A DNA stretch of 40,502 bases from a virus (IMGVR_UViG_3300028370_000002:1-40502); one strand, 5' to 3'. Positions 9,004-18,009 are shown, counted from the first letter of the stretch. The notes: generated from the letters alone by a model not told the origin. Numbers and translations are program-made.

Positions 9004-9024
9004 GCGGGCCATGACAGCCCGCCC
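9004..9024 (-). terminator. GC-rich hairpin downstream of the capsid genes (attenuator or mRNA stabiliser)
   Basis: GGGCGGGCTGTCATGGCCCGC, identical to 28490-28510 on the plus strand; no U-tract. Confidence 0.4.
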
Positions 9025-9029
9025 GATGG

Positions 9030-9212
9030 TTATTTTTTGCCGCTTGGCATGACAGGCTGTGCAACCGGCACAAGCCACCCGCTTTCGATCCACCCGGTCA
9101 CGCCCTCATTCTTTGCCAGATCGGCAGGAATGGAAACGTCGCCACCGAGTTTGACCTCAGTGCCGTCTGGCAGGACCAGCGTGCCAGGGTATGTGCTGGT
9201 GTGCTTTGTCAT
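9030..9212 (-). CDS. Small capsid-associated hypothetical protein
   Basis: 60 aa directly after the major capsid gene. Confidence 0.6.
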   Translation of the reverse strand: MTKHTSTYPGTLVLPDGTEVKLGGDVSIPADLAKNEGVTGWIESGWLVPVAQPVMPSGKK

Positions 9213-9214
9213 AG

Positions 9215-10114
9215 TTACAAACCCGTACCATACCGCACTGCCGATGGTGTGCGGATGCTGACAGGTGCAAAGCGGAATGCGCCATATGTCCGCACCTCAA
9301 GCCCTACGGCCTGAGGTGAGAGGAACATCAGCGGCATAGGCATATGCAATTTCACCACCGAAGGATCGTTCCGGTAAACCACCATGCGGTTGACCAGATT
9401 GTGGTCTGCCATGATGTTCAACGGCAGACCGGTCTGCGCGGTGTAGACGTTGGCGCGCCGGATGAAGTCCAGAACGGTCGTGTCGCTTTCTGCGGCAAGC
9501 TGGCGGGTGGCCAGATCCCCGAACTGAGCGATCGGCAGCACAATGGTATCCGCCACCTGCGTTCCCAGGCTTCCCGACTGAACGCCGGTCAGCAGGCCGT
9601 TGACAAATGCGAGGATTGCCTGAGGCGTGGACAGTGCGAAGGTCGCCGCGCTTGCCACCGACGTGATGCCCGTAGTGTTGAAGAACCCTTCAATCCCCAG
9701 TTCAGCATTGCCGATGAGCGCCGTGCTGTTGACCAGCATCTCATACGCCATCCGCGCCGCATTGGCCGCCTCAGTGGGCAGATTCATGCCCGTCTGTGCA
9801 GCCGCGCCAATTTCCTCAATCGAATAGGAATACATCACGCCCGCCATGTTGACGGTCTGTTCAAACTTGCCGGTCGTCACATCAACGCGAGGGATGTCGT
9901 CGCCCTTGCCGTTGATGAACTTGGCGCGCCCGACCGAATCCTGGGTAAAGAACGTGACGGATGCGGCGAACTGGTTTGCCGACGTGTCCACCTGCATAAG
10001 GCGCGGGTAGAGGATCGTCGGATACGGCTTGCGCATCACCTCGGCTTCGATGTGGCTGCGCTGCGAAATGACGTAACCCAGTGCTGCGGGTGCGTCCATG
10101 ATTTCAATAGGCAT
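9215..10114 (-). CDS. Major capsid protein (DUF2184 / HK97 fold)
   Basis: 299 aa; DDIPRVD, YSYSIEE and MVVYRNDP motifs; synteny. Confidence 0.9.
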   Translation of the reverse strand: MPIEIMDAPAALGYVISQRSHIEAEVMRKPYPTILYPRLMQVDTSANQFAASVTFFTQDSVGRAKFINGKGDDIPRVDVTTGKFEQTVNMAGVMYSYSIEEIGAAAQTGMNLPTEAANAARMAYEMLVNSTALIGNAELGIEGFFNTTGITSVASAATFALSTPQAILAFVNGLLTGVQSGSLGTQVADTIVLPIAQFGDLATRQLAAESDTTVLDFIRRANVYTAQTGLPLNIMADHNLVNRMVVYRNDPSVVKLHMPMPLMFLSPQAVGLEVRTYGAFRFAPVSIRTPSAVRYGTGL

Positions 10115-10125
10115 TGTTTTGATCC

Positions 10126-10572
10126 TTAACCCAGATAGACGCGGACAAGATCGCCGTCAGCGCCTGCCGTTTCAAATTTAGCACCGGCAATCGCGACAAT
10201 ACCCGCAGCAACGGCCCGTGCGCCAATAACGCCAGTGGCGACCGTGAATGTGACGGGACCGGCAATCGTGACAGCCCCGTCAGCAACGACCCAAACCGTG
10301 CCCTTGCGCAAGATGCCCGCCATTTCGTCCACGACATATTCGTCATCGACCCGGCTCTTGTCAGCGATTGCGATACCCTCGAACCCAACCCCTCCAAGGC
10401 GGCAAGTGCCTGGTGTGGTGCCGCTGGCACCGACCGCACGCCCGAATGGGATCACGGCAGTGGTGACCCGCTTGGACACCACGTCTTTGACTTGCTGGCC
10501 CTCGGCAATCATGCCTGCGTAGCCAAGGGGCATGACAGCAACAGCCGCCCCGAATGCGTCTTGAATAGGCAT
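10126..10572 (-). CDS. Head decoration / cement protein
   Basis: GYAGMIA, IPFGRAV and KGTVWV motifs; lies between protease and capsid genes. Confidence 0.75.
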   Translation of the reverse strand: MPIQDAFGAAVAVMPLGYAGMIAEGQQVKDVVSKRVTTAVIPFGRAVGASGTTPGTCRLGGVGFEGIAIADKSRVDDEYVVDEMAGILRKGTVWVVADGAVTIAGPVTFTVATGVIGARAVAAGIVAIAGAKFETAGADGDLVRVYLG

Positions 10573-10575
10573 GAT

Positions 10576-11691
10576 TTACGCTCCTTTGCCAACAGATTGC
10601 AGATAGGCTGTGCCAAGGCCCTTGACGTATTCGGCACGCGCGTCGGTCGCAACCGTCACGCCGGTTTTCAGCGCGTCGGCCACCGGATCACCCTTGGCCG
10701 CGTCCTCTGACAGAATGTCAAAGCGCGCATCGACATAGGCGTCAGACTTGCCGGTGATTGCTGCATCGCCCAGAACCGCCACGACTGCGGCTTTGCGGAT
10801 GGCAGCGTCAGACAGGCCGGTGGTAGCAACGTCCTTGGCGATTGCCTTGGCCTTGCCGATCAGATCAGCCCGGGCCGCAACCTTGGCGTCAAGATCCGCG
10901 TCGGACAGGATCGACTTGGCCATGTCGGCAATCTTGGCGTCCTTGGCCGCCAGTTCGGCGTCCTTCTTGTCCATTTCCTCAGCAGCCTTCTTTTCGGCAG
11001 CGGTCATGTCCTTCATCAGCTTTTCAAGCGCCTGCGCGCCTGCGTCGGTCGTCACGACGGAAAGGCCGTCGATCTGGACTGTCCGCGTCTGGATGGCGTC
11101 TGCCATGATTACGTCCTTTTCGTCTGTGATGGGGGATGCGCCCCACCGCGCTACAGTGCTTGGTTGACTGTCACCGATTCTTGCCAGTGGGCCAGCGCGT
11201 CCGGCTGCCACAATAGCAATGTGGTTTCCCACGATGTTTGTTTGCCGCGCCTGATACGCGGTCCCGTCCGGCGCGATCCCGTCGCCCCATACCAATTCCG
11301 AGGTATACCCTACGCTCAATTCGCGCTTGCCGTCCTGCACTTTGCGGATCGTGGCGGCGTCGGTCAGCTTGATCCCGATCCGCAGATACTCGCCGTCGCG
11401 CAAAACTTCCTCATTGGTGGTGCCGACCGAAACCATACGGGCCGTGTCAGCCGTGACCAGATCGGCGGGGTGGTCATCAGTGACCGGCAACAAGCCGAAG
11501 GTTTGCAGGCTGGCCTTGCGGAACACCTCAGACTCGTCGCGGTAAACTGTCACCTTTTCCAAATCGGGACGGTCCAACTCAGAGCCGAGATAGTCTTGCG
11601 TGCCGATCCGGGCGGTGCGAACATTGGCGACAAGATACCCTTCGTCTGTGACCCGGGCACCTGCAAGCGTGGCGACGTCTGTCATTTTCAT
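10576..11691 (-). CDS. Prohead protease-scaffold protein (DUF2213-like)
   Basis: ARIGTQDY, PVTDDHP, RELSVGY and NHIAIVAAGRAG motifs, then a coiled-coil scaffold tail. Confidence 0.85.
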   Translation of the reverse strand: MKMTDVATLAGARVTDEGYLVANVRTARIGTQDYLGSELDRPDLEKVTVYRDESEVFRKASLQTFGLLPVTDDHPADLVTADTARMVSVGTTNEEVLRDGEYLRIGIKLTDAATIRKVQDGKRELSVGYTSELVWGDGIAPDGTAYQARQTNIVGNHIAIVAAGRAGPLARIGDSQPSTVARWGASPITDEKDVIMADAIQTRTVQIDGLSVVTTDAGAQALEKLMKDMTAAEKKAAEEMDKKDAELAAKDAKIADMAKSILSDADLDAKVAARADLIGKAKAIAKDVATTGLSDAAIRKAAVVAVLGDAAITGKSDAYVDARFDILSEDAAKGDPVADALKTGVTVATDARAEYVKGLGTAYLQSVGKGA

Positions 11692-12977
11692 TCGTCTGAC
11701 TCCACCACGTTAAAAAACTCTTTCACCTTGCCCTCCAGCCCGGGAAACGCCCCGCTTTCAGTCAGTGTGTTTACAATTGTATCAGCAAGTGCCTCTTCTG
11801 GCAAGATATCCATGTCGAACAACACTTTTACGCTGTCAACCAGAACCTTGCCCATGTCGGCCCGTTCTTTTGCAGTCGGCTGGAATAGCGGACGCCACGT
11901 CCAATGCAATTCAGGCGGGCGATTGCCCAGCGCCGAACGGATCAGGCATTCGTTCAGGATTTCCATTGCTGGATCAAGATCGAGCGTCTGCATGACGCGG
12001 ACCCGATCAAAATAAACCTTCTCATCGCCCGCGCCGGTAGCGTTCATACCTGCCGCCGCAATGCCGAATAGCCGGGTCATCGGAACGCCCGCCGCCGCCG
12101 ATACCATCTGCATGAAGCGGTCGATGATGTCAGGCAGCGTGGCGAAGCTGGCGGTTTTCTGGTCGTATGTGTCCTCGGCGTCCATCAGCAGCGCGCCGTT
12201 AATGCCCTTCCCGCGCGCCGTCAGGCTGGTCCGGGCAAGGACCACAGCCTCATATTCCGAGCCGCCGCTGCGCAGCCCCTCGTTGAATCCATTGATGCCG
12301 ATCACGTCCACCTTGGCTTCAAACACCAGCGATGCGACGTTGGCGATTGTGGCGTCAAGATTCCGCACGGCGCTGATCGTGGCGTTCAGCGTACTGTCAC
12401 CCCATCCGGGATGTGCGGAATATCTGTCGTCCGGCACTTCCTCGCCCATTGCAATGACAAGGCGGCTCGGGTGGATTTCAACAGACGCGCCGGTAGCCGG
12501 ATTCATCCGATACATGATCGGTTTGCCAAACCCAGGCAGGCGCGGGTCGCGTTGGATTTCACCGGCGGTAATTTCCGACCGATTTAAGACGGCAAGATAT
12601 TGCAGCCCACCCTTGCCGATCCGGGCCGGATCCAGTGGCTTCGATGCGTCCAGGTCGCGCGTGCCGATATAGATGGCAGCGCCGCCGAACAACCGGGCGC
12701 GTTTGAGGTTTTGCATCGTCTTGCCCTGCAAACCCAGCCGCTTTTCCTCAGCCTCGATTGCTGTGATTTGTTCCGCGTCGGCCTGCCATTCCCGCCACTC
12801 GCGGGTCGCATCCTCTGCGGGCAGATCCACCACGTTGCGCGCAATCGCGCTGGTGCGGTACATGGCGACAAGCTGGTCATCGGCAATCGTGGTGTTGTGA
12901 TAGTAACTGTGCGCCGCCTTGTCCCGGTCTGTGCCGAGATTGGCGACGATGTTGCGCAGGCCGTCCATGATACTCAT
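11688..12977 (-). CDS. Portal protein (DUF1073-like)
   Basis: Follows TerL with ATGA overlap; ARNVVDLPAEDATR, IHPSRL and PMTRLFG...GMNATG motifs. Confidence 0.88.
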   Translation of the reverse strand: MSIMDGLRNIVANLGTDRDKAAHSYYHNTTIADDQLVAMYRTSAIARNVVDLPAEDATREWREWQADAEQITAIEAEEKRLGLQGKTMQNLKRARLFGGAAIYIGTRDLDASKPLDPARIGKGGLQYLAVLNRSEITAGEIQRDPRLPGFGKPIMYRMNPATGASVEIHPSRLVIAMGEEVPDDRYSAHPGWGDSTLNATISAVRNLDATIANVASLVFEAKVDVIGINGFNEGLRSGGSEYEAVVLARTSLTARGKGINGALLMDAEDTYDQKTASFATLPDIIDRFMQMVSAAAGVPMTRLFGIAAAGMNATGAGDEKVYFDRVRVMQTLDLDPAMEILNECLIRSALGNRPPELHWTWRPLFQPTAKERADMGKVLVDSVKVLFDMDILPEEALADTIVNTLTESGAFPGLEGKVKEFFNVVESDE

Positions 12978-14386
12978 ATTGTTCCAGCCCATGAATTGTT
13001 TACGCCCGACAGCATATCAAACGCGCGAGTCGCAGCGTCGATCTGGTCTTTGAACTTGCCCATCGGGAACGTCGCAGCTTCGTCCAAAAAGTCACCATTC
13101 CAATCGCCTGCCACAATGTCCACGTTTCCGGCTTCAACCTGTGCCGCCAGGGGCATTGCGCGCGTTTCTTTGTCGCCCGTTTCAGGGCTTGACGTGTAAC
13201 TGTAACCCATCAGCGCGGATTTGAGAAGATGTAAAGCCCATGATTTACCGGCGGATCCAGGATCCTGCGGAATTGAGCCACGAACCGCCCGCCCATCTGC
13301 CGCCGCCGTGCTGCCCAGCAGCCGTTCAACCCCCGCAGCGTTTACCCGGTCTTTGACAACATGAGCGATACATATGCGATTGTCCGGGCCGATTCCCAGC
13401 TTGACGCCAGCCGTCCGTGCCGCTCCGGGATCATCGGTTGCGGCCAAGTCCCATCCCCTCACCCACCGATAGCCCGCAGGCTCCGCTTGGATAACGCGAA
13501 AGTCTGACCGCTTGAACATGCCGCCGCCGCGCGGTGCAGGGCGTTGTTGAAGCTGACCGGCGCTGGCGTAGATGCCCATGGTCTTTTCAAGGTCCGCCAC
13601 TTGGTCCTCTGGGAACCGATCAGGAAACAGCAATTCGCCTTCGATTGTTCGCGGGTCGGTGTAGAACGGCGTGGAACATCGCCGGTCCGATTCAAACCGC
13701 ATCGGCAGGCACAGGTGGGTGTATCCCAGACCAATCGCCACGGCGGAAACGTCGGACTCGTGCAATCGCTGCATGATAATCACAATCGCGGATTCATCGT
13801 TATTTACACGGGACGGTAGGGCTTCCCGGAATGTCGTAACGCCTGTGGCAAGTTTCTGGACGCTGTTGGCGTCCGCAACGCTGTGCGGATCGTCGATCAG
13901 AACCCTATCGCCGCGCGATCCGGTCATTCCCTCGAATGCCATGGCTTCCCGGAACCCTGTCTTGTCATTTTCAAAACGCAGCTTGGCGTTGTTGTCCGCC
14001 ATCAGGTTCATTGGCCAGCGTGATTGATACCAGTCCGACTGAATCAGGCGACGGCATTTCATTGCGTCCCGGACGGCCAAGTCTTGTTTGTGCGCCGTGC
14101 CAAGGAACCGCATGTGCGGCTTGGCCTGCGCGCCCCATTCCCAAGCGGGCCAGATCACGCCGGTCAGCAGAGACTTCATGGTGCCGGGCGGCACGTTCAT
14201 CAGCAGGCGGTTGATGTCGCCCCGCGTGACGGCTTCCAGGTGCGCACAGATAGCGTCCAGCGCCCAGCCCCATTTGAGCGGCGTGGACGGCTCCAAGACG
14301 TGCCAGGCGCGCCGTGCAAAATATGCCAGTGATCGGCGGCACAGTTCTTTTTCGGCGGCAATGATGTCAATCGGTGTCAGTTGCAT
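12974..14386 (-). CDS. terL: Terminase large subunit
   Basis: Walker A-like NVPPGTMKS, Walker B LIDDPH, coupling motif IMQRLHE, nuclease WDLA and DQIDA; likely start MQLTPID. Confidence 0.93.
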   Translation of the reverse strand: MQLTPIDIIAAEKELCRRSLAYFARRAWHVLEPSTPLKWGWALDAICAHLEAVTRGDINRLLMNVPPGTMKSLLTGVIWPAWEWGAQAKPHMRFLGTAHKQDLAVRDAMKCRRLIQSDWYQSRWPMNLMADNNAKLRFENDKTGFREAMAFEGMTGSRGDRVLIDDPHSVADANSVQKLATGVTTFREALPSRVNNDESAIVIIMQRLHESDVSAVAIGLGYTHLCLPMRFESDRRCSTPFYTDPRTIEGELLFPDRFPEDQVADLEKTMGIYASAGQLQQRPAPRGGGMFKRSDFRVIQAEPAGYRWVRGWDLAATDDPGAARTAGVKLGIGPDNRICIAHVVKDRVNAAGVERLLGSTAAADGRAVRGSIPQDPGSAGKSWALHLLKSALMGYSYTSSPETGDKETRAMPLAAQVEAGNVDIVAGDWNGDFLDEAATFPMGKFKDQIDAATRAFDMLSGVNNSWAGTI

Positions 14387-14780
14387 CGCCAAGCGCCACA
14401 ATTTCCGCCAGGGCTTCAGGTGACAGGCGGGATACGTCCAGCGCGGCCTTGGGCGACATGCTGCCGTCCTCACTGATCAGGTTCACGTCAGCCGTTTCAC
14501 GCCACCGGGCGCGCGTCTTGAGCCAGAACGTCATGGACGCCGTGTCGCCGCCCTTGGCTTTGTTGAACAGCGCGCCGCCGATTGTGGCGTTTGCTTTCGC
14601 CATAGATAGGTCCAACTCGTCGCGGTAGTGCAGCCGCAATGTCTTTTTGTCGATACCTATCACGCGGGCGATCATGTCCTGTGTCGTGCCGACCGTCGCG
14701 TGAAGCTGCACAAGCTGGCGCTGCGCATCGGTTGGCGCGTGCTGTTTGCGGCCACAGGGTTTTTTAGGCATTCCATCCAT
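14367..14780 (-). CDS. terS: Terminase small subunit
   Basis: HTH (IARVIGIDKKTLRLHY) and ALFNKAKGGD...FWLKTRARW; overlaps the TerL start. Confidence 0.85.
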   Translation of the reverse strand: MDGMPKKPCGRKQHAPTDAQRQLVQLHATVGTTQDMIARVIGIDKKTLRLHYRDELDLSMAKANATIGGALFNKAKGGDTASMTFWLKTRARWRETADVNLISEDGSMSPKAALDVSRLSPEALAEIVALGDATDTD

Positions 14781-14786
14781 GCGTTA

Positions 14787-14815
14787 AATATAGCGCGGGT
14801 AATTATGGTTGACAA
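14787..14815 (-). promoter_or_regulatory. Sigma70-like promoter for the packaging/structural operon, probably leaderless
   Basis: TTGTCA-N17-TATATT-N6-ATG(terS); no SD upstream of the ATG. Confidence 0.6.
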
Positions 14816-14837
14816 GGTGGACAATAGCGGGTAATAA
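14809..14837 (+). promoter_or_regulatory. CAATA-repeat promoter, copy 1
   Basis: TTGACA-aggtggaCAATAgcggg-TAATAA followed by GGAG SD and ATG 14862. Confidence 0.75.
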
Positions 14838-14861
14838 GGGTGTAACAGAAGGAGACACACC

Positions 14862-15029
14862 ATGACCAAAGAGCAATACGCCGACCTGAACGCCACGATC
14901 TTTGATTTTCAAAAGAAGATCATGCTGCATGACATCGCCAGCATGGACCCTGAGGTCCGCGCCACGATGGAAGCGGTCGAGGCTCAACTTGACGCCCTGC
15001 GCACGGGCAAGCTGTTTGAATTGCGCTGA
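14862..15029 (+). CDS. Hypothetical 55-aa protein (not in the ORF track)
   Basis: AAGGAG SD; MTKEQYADLNATIFDFQKKIMLHDIASMDPEVRATMEAVEAQLDALRTGKLFELR*. Confidence 0.7.
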   Translation: MTKEQYADLNATIFDFQKKIMLHDIASMDPEVRATMEAVEAQLDALRTGKLFELR

Positions 15030-15053
15030 ACACACCGGCAAGGAGCCAAGACA

Positions 15054-15254
15054 ATGACCAACCCACATGAAACATTTTGCCTCGCAACCGCTACACATTT
15101 TGTAGCGGTTCGGGGCCGGGGCCAGCAACGCACCCGCAAGGATTGCGCAACGATGGACGACGCCAAGGCATACGGTGCAGCCTACGGCGACAAGCGCACG
15201 ATGGTTTACGCGGTCAATGCCTTGGGCAACAGCGCCCACATCTGCAACGTCTAA
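15054..15254 (+). CDS. Hypothetical 66-aa protein
   Basis: AAGGAG SD; leader ACACACCGGCAAGGAGCCA is also found at 32091. Confidence 0.7.
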   Translation: MTNPHETFCLATATHFVAVRGRGQQRTRKDCATMDDAKAYGAAYGDKRTMVYAVNALGNSAHICNV

Positions 15255-15955
15255 CCCCTGGCTGGCCCCGTCACATTCCAGAACAGCACAAGCCCGGCAC
15301 CGTGTCGGGCTTTGCACATTTTCCAAGCCTTCGCGTCATAGTGCGGATCGCTCGGGAATGGCGGCTGATCCTTCAGGGCCTTGGAAAATGGTATCCCCGC
15401 CTTGTGGATTGTCGCCCCCAGAACATCCGCTGATGAAAGCGTGCGCCCCACCTCCACAACGTGCCGCCGGGCTTCTGGCCAAGCCTTTGCAAGCGCCCGC
15501 GCCAAAACGCCTGAACCGCTGGCGCACCAAACTTCGTCCGGTTGCAGGCCGCTCATGCGCGCTGCCTCTGCGATCTTCTCAATCGCCTCGGGCATGTTCA
15601 CGCCGAAAGGTGCGAGCCTTGCGCCGGTCCTTGCGCAATACTCTCTCGCGCGCGCCTGCACCACCGTCAGATAGCCCGGCGAAACCTGCATCACCTTTGC
15701 GCCGACCCGCTTGGCTTCCAGCGCCCTTGCGTGTGGCGTGGCCCTCTTTGCCACAAAGATTGTCGCCCGCTTGCCTAGCGCCGCTGCTGTGTGCGCCAGT
15801 GCCGTCTGCGCGCCACCCTCGCATGGAGAGGCGTAAACAACCTCGTCGGCATCATCAAACAACGCGGGCAGAAAGCGCGCTTTGGTGCCGCCAAGGAATA
15901 GATCATCACGAATGACATGGATTCCGCTGTGGACCGTAACGACCGGCGGCGTCAC
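15251..15955 (-). CDS. PLP-dependent enzyme, fold type II (ACC deaminase / D-cysteine desulfhydrase-like)
   Basis: RDDLFLGGTKAR (Schiff-base Lys region), ASGSGV phosphate loop, DPHYDAKAW and VLFWNV; GTG start at 15955 overlaps the MTase stop (GTGA). Confidence 0.8.
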   Translation of the reverse strand: MTPPVVTVHSGIHVIRDDLFLGGTKARFLPALFDDADEVVYASPCEGGAQTALAHTAAALGKRATIFVAKRATPHARALEAKRVGAKVMQVSPGYLTVVQARAREYCARTGARLAPFGVNMPEAIEKIAEAARMSGLQPDEVWCASGSGVLARALAKAWPEARRHVVEVGRTLSSADVLGATIHKAGIPFSKALKDQPPFPSDPHYDAKAWKMCKARHGAGLVLFWNVTGPARG

Positions 15956-17400
15956 AGTTCTTCGCCTAAATCGCTGTTTTCTGTCTCGGGCTCTGGAATG
16001 TGAACCTCTACAACACCGCACGCCTTTGTCGCCTTGGCCCCGTCGCCTTTGACAAACACCAGCACGTTTTGGTGCGTCTTGCCGAGCTTGCGGCTTGCTG
16101 TGAATTGCCGACCAGCCCTCATTGCTGTGGAGCCGATCATCGTCAAAAGGATAGCCTCGTTGTAATAATTCATCCCCGCTGCCTTGAACGCCTCGACCGT
16201 ATCGCCGACAAAGTTGTAATAGTTGCCTTTTTTGTCTCGCACATCACCGACTACAAAGCAGGCAAAACGATCCTCCTTCAGTCTAGCACAGGCCTTGGCG
16301 ATAATTTCAAAGTACACAGGCTTAAACTCATCATACTTCAGCGTGGAAAGGTCGCTGGGGTCGTCGCTGTAAACCTCAAGATCAGCATATGGCGGGCAAC
16401 CGATAATAAAATCAGCATCTACGTCCGCGCATATCCGGTCAATGTTTCTGCTGTCGCCAGTATGCCATACAGGAGGGGTGTCGGGACAAAGGTCATCACC
16501 CTACACCCTGTTCGCCGCCACCTGTTCATCGCGTAACTCAACTCCAATGTATTGACGCCCCAAACGTGATGCTACAACGCCGCGCACCGATCCGCCCGCG
16601 AACGGGTCAAGGATTGTGCCGCCTTGCGGGCTGAACCAGCTATACGCTAACTCGCACAGAACGGGGTCGAAGATGCTTGTTCCGGATTGCACACTGACAT
16701 TCGGGTTATTCAATATGAACTCATCCATATTCACTTTGCGACCAATGCTGTCCTCGTAAGCATTCTTAGCTTTGTAAACTGTGGGGCTTTGGCTGCTTGT
16801 TGCATAAGCAAGCTCCCCATCCCTACCAACTTCACTTTCTATTCCAAGGGCCGTCCAAGCCTCCTTTCTGCTTTGCCACCAGCCTTCACGAGCATTCAAA
16901 ACCGAAAAGGGTGCAATGCCAAACTTGTCAGCAAGGCTCATGGTTGACGGATTGTCGCCCTCGCCGGGCAAATTAGCCGCCTCGGCCAGCATGTCAATCG
17001 CTTCAATCTCACCCAATTCAAACCCGGTCAGCGTCAGGTCAAAGCCCGCCGCTTCCAGATCCTGCAACTCGATCTTGAGCAGGTCGTTGTCCCATCCGGC
17101 ATCCAATGCCATGCGGTTATCTGCCAGCACATAGGCGCGGCGCTGCGCCTCGCTCAGGTGTGCGGCGTCAATCGTCGGCAGCGTATCAAGCCCTAGCTTC
17201 TGGGCCGCCATGACGCGCCCGTGGCCCGCCACAATGCCGCTCTGCCCGTCTGTGATGATCGGGTTGAGAAACCCAAACTCGCGGATCGAGGCGGCAATCT
17301 TGTCGACCTGCGCGGGGCTGTGAGTCCGGGCATTGCGCGCGTACGGTATCAGGCTGGCGGTCGGAACCGTCTTATATTGGGGAAATTTCGGTGCAGGCAT
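15952..17400 (-). pseudogene. ParB-like domain fused to a SAM-dependent DNA methyltransferase-fold domain, interrupted by one in-frame TAG at 16501-16503 (482 codons if read through)
   Basis: ParB N-terminus (PYARNARTH, IVAGHGR, LADNR); motif I DPFAGGS; after the TAG the same frame continues GDDLCPD...GDS...CPPY...FVVGDVR...HQNVLVFVKGD and joins ORF 15952..16317. Confidence 0.85.
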
Positions 17401-17681
17401 CACAGATTGGTCCCCCTTTTGCGCGGTTGTGTAACTGGCACACCCTTAGCCGCGAATGCCAACATGCCGTCAGTAACACGATTGTCGGGGTTGATACCAG
17501 CCAGGTCAAGCACTTCACGGCCATTCCGCGAGTTTGCCCACAGTGCCAGGGTTTTTAGTGCCCGGCCTTTTTGATTTTCGGGCTCTCTTGCGGCATGGTG
17601 AATTGCATCATTGATTGAGGTTAGCACTACGGCAGACCACAGGGCCCGCATCCGTGCGGCTTGTTCCGCGTTATCGGTCAC
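17400..17681 (-). CDS. Hypothetical protein
   Basis: 93 aa, coupled to both neighbours. Confidence 0.65.
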   Translation of the reverse strand: MTDNAEQAARMRALWSAVVLTSINDAIHHAAREPENQKGRALKTLALWANSRNGREVLDLAGINPDNRVTDGMLAFAAKGVPVTQPRKRGTNL

Positions 17682-17983
17682 GCCCGGCCCCCCGCCAGAA
17701 CGGCCTGCACACGCTCCATGTCCGGCTCAGGCCCTAACAGCAGCCGGACGGCCTGTGACAGGGCGTCCCGCTGCTCTGCGACATCAGACAGCGCGTCACG
17801 CTCCGCCTCAAGCGCGGCATAGTCCTCGGCGTCAATTGCCTCATCCTGCCAGTGGCGCAGCTCGTCCAGTTCATCCCAGACCCATGCCAGCGTGGGCCAG
17901 CGTTCCCGGTGATGTGACGTGTCGTCCGTGTTCAGGCGGGCCACTGCGGCCAGGCTGTCAAATCCGTTGTGGGGCATCTGCAT
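17678..17983 (-). CDS. Hypothetical acidic coiled-coil protein
   Basis: GGAGG SD; first gene behind promoter copy at 18010-18038. Confidence 0.7.
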   Translation of the reverse strand: MQMPHNGFDSLAAVARLNTDDTSHHRERWPTLAWVWDELDELRHWQDEAIDAEDYAALEAERDALSDVAEQRDALSQAVRLLLGPEPDMERVQAVLAGGRA

Positions 17984-18009
17984 GGTGTTCCTCCGGTTGC
18001 GTTTGGATG

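Noticed and set aside
11688-12977. Anti-CBASS Acb1 label sometimes attached to DUF1073 proteins
   Set aside because: Size, motifs and position between TerL and the protease indicate a plain portal, with no extra phosphoesterase domain visible.
16501-16503. Genome-wide TAG reassignment (genetic code 15)
   Set aside because: TAG is the natural stop of several genes (2531, 2878, 4123, 15251, 31688), other genes are not fragmented, and no suppressor tRNA was seen.
16950-17400. ParB as a plasmid-prophage partition system
   Set aside because: The domain is fused to an MTase fold, and there is no ParA or repressor.
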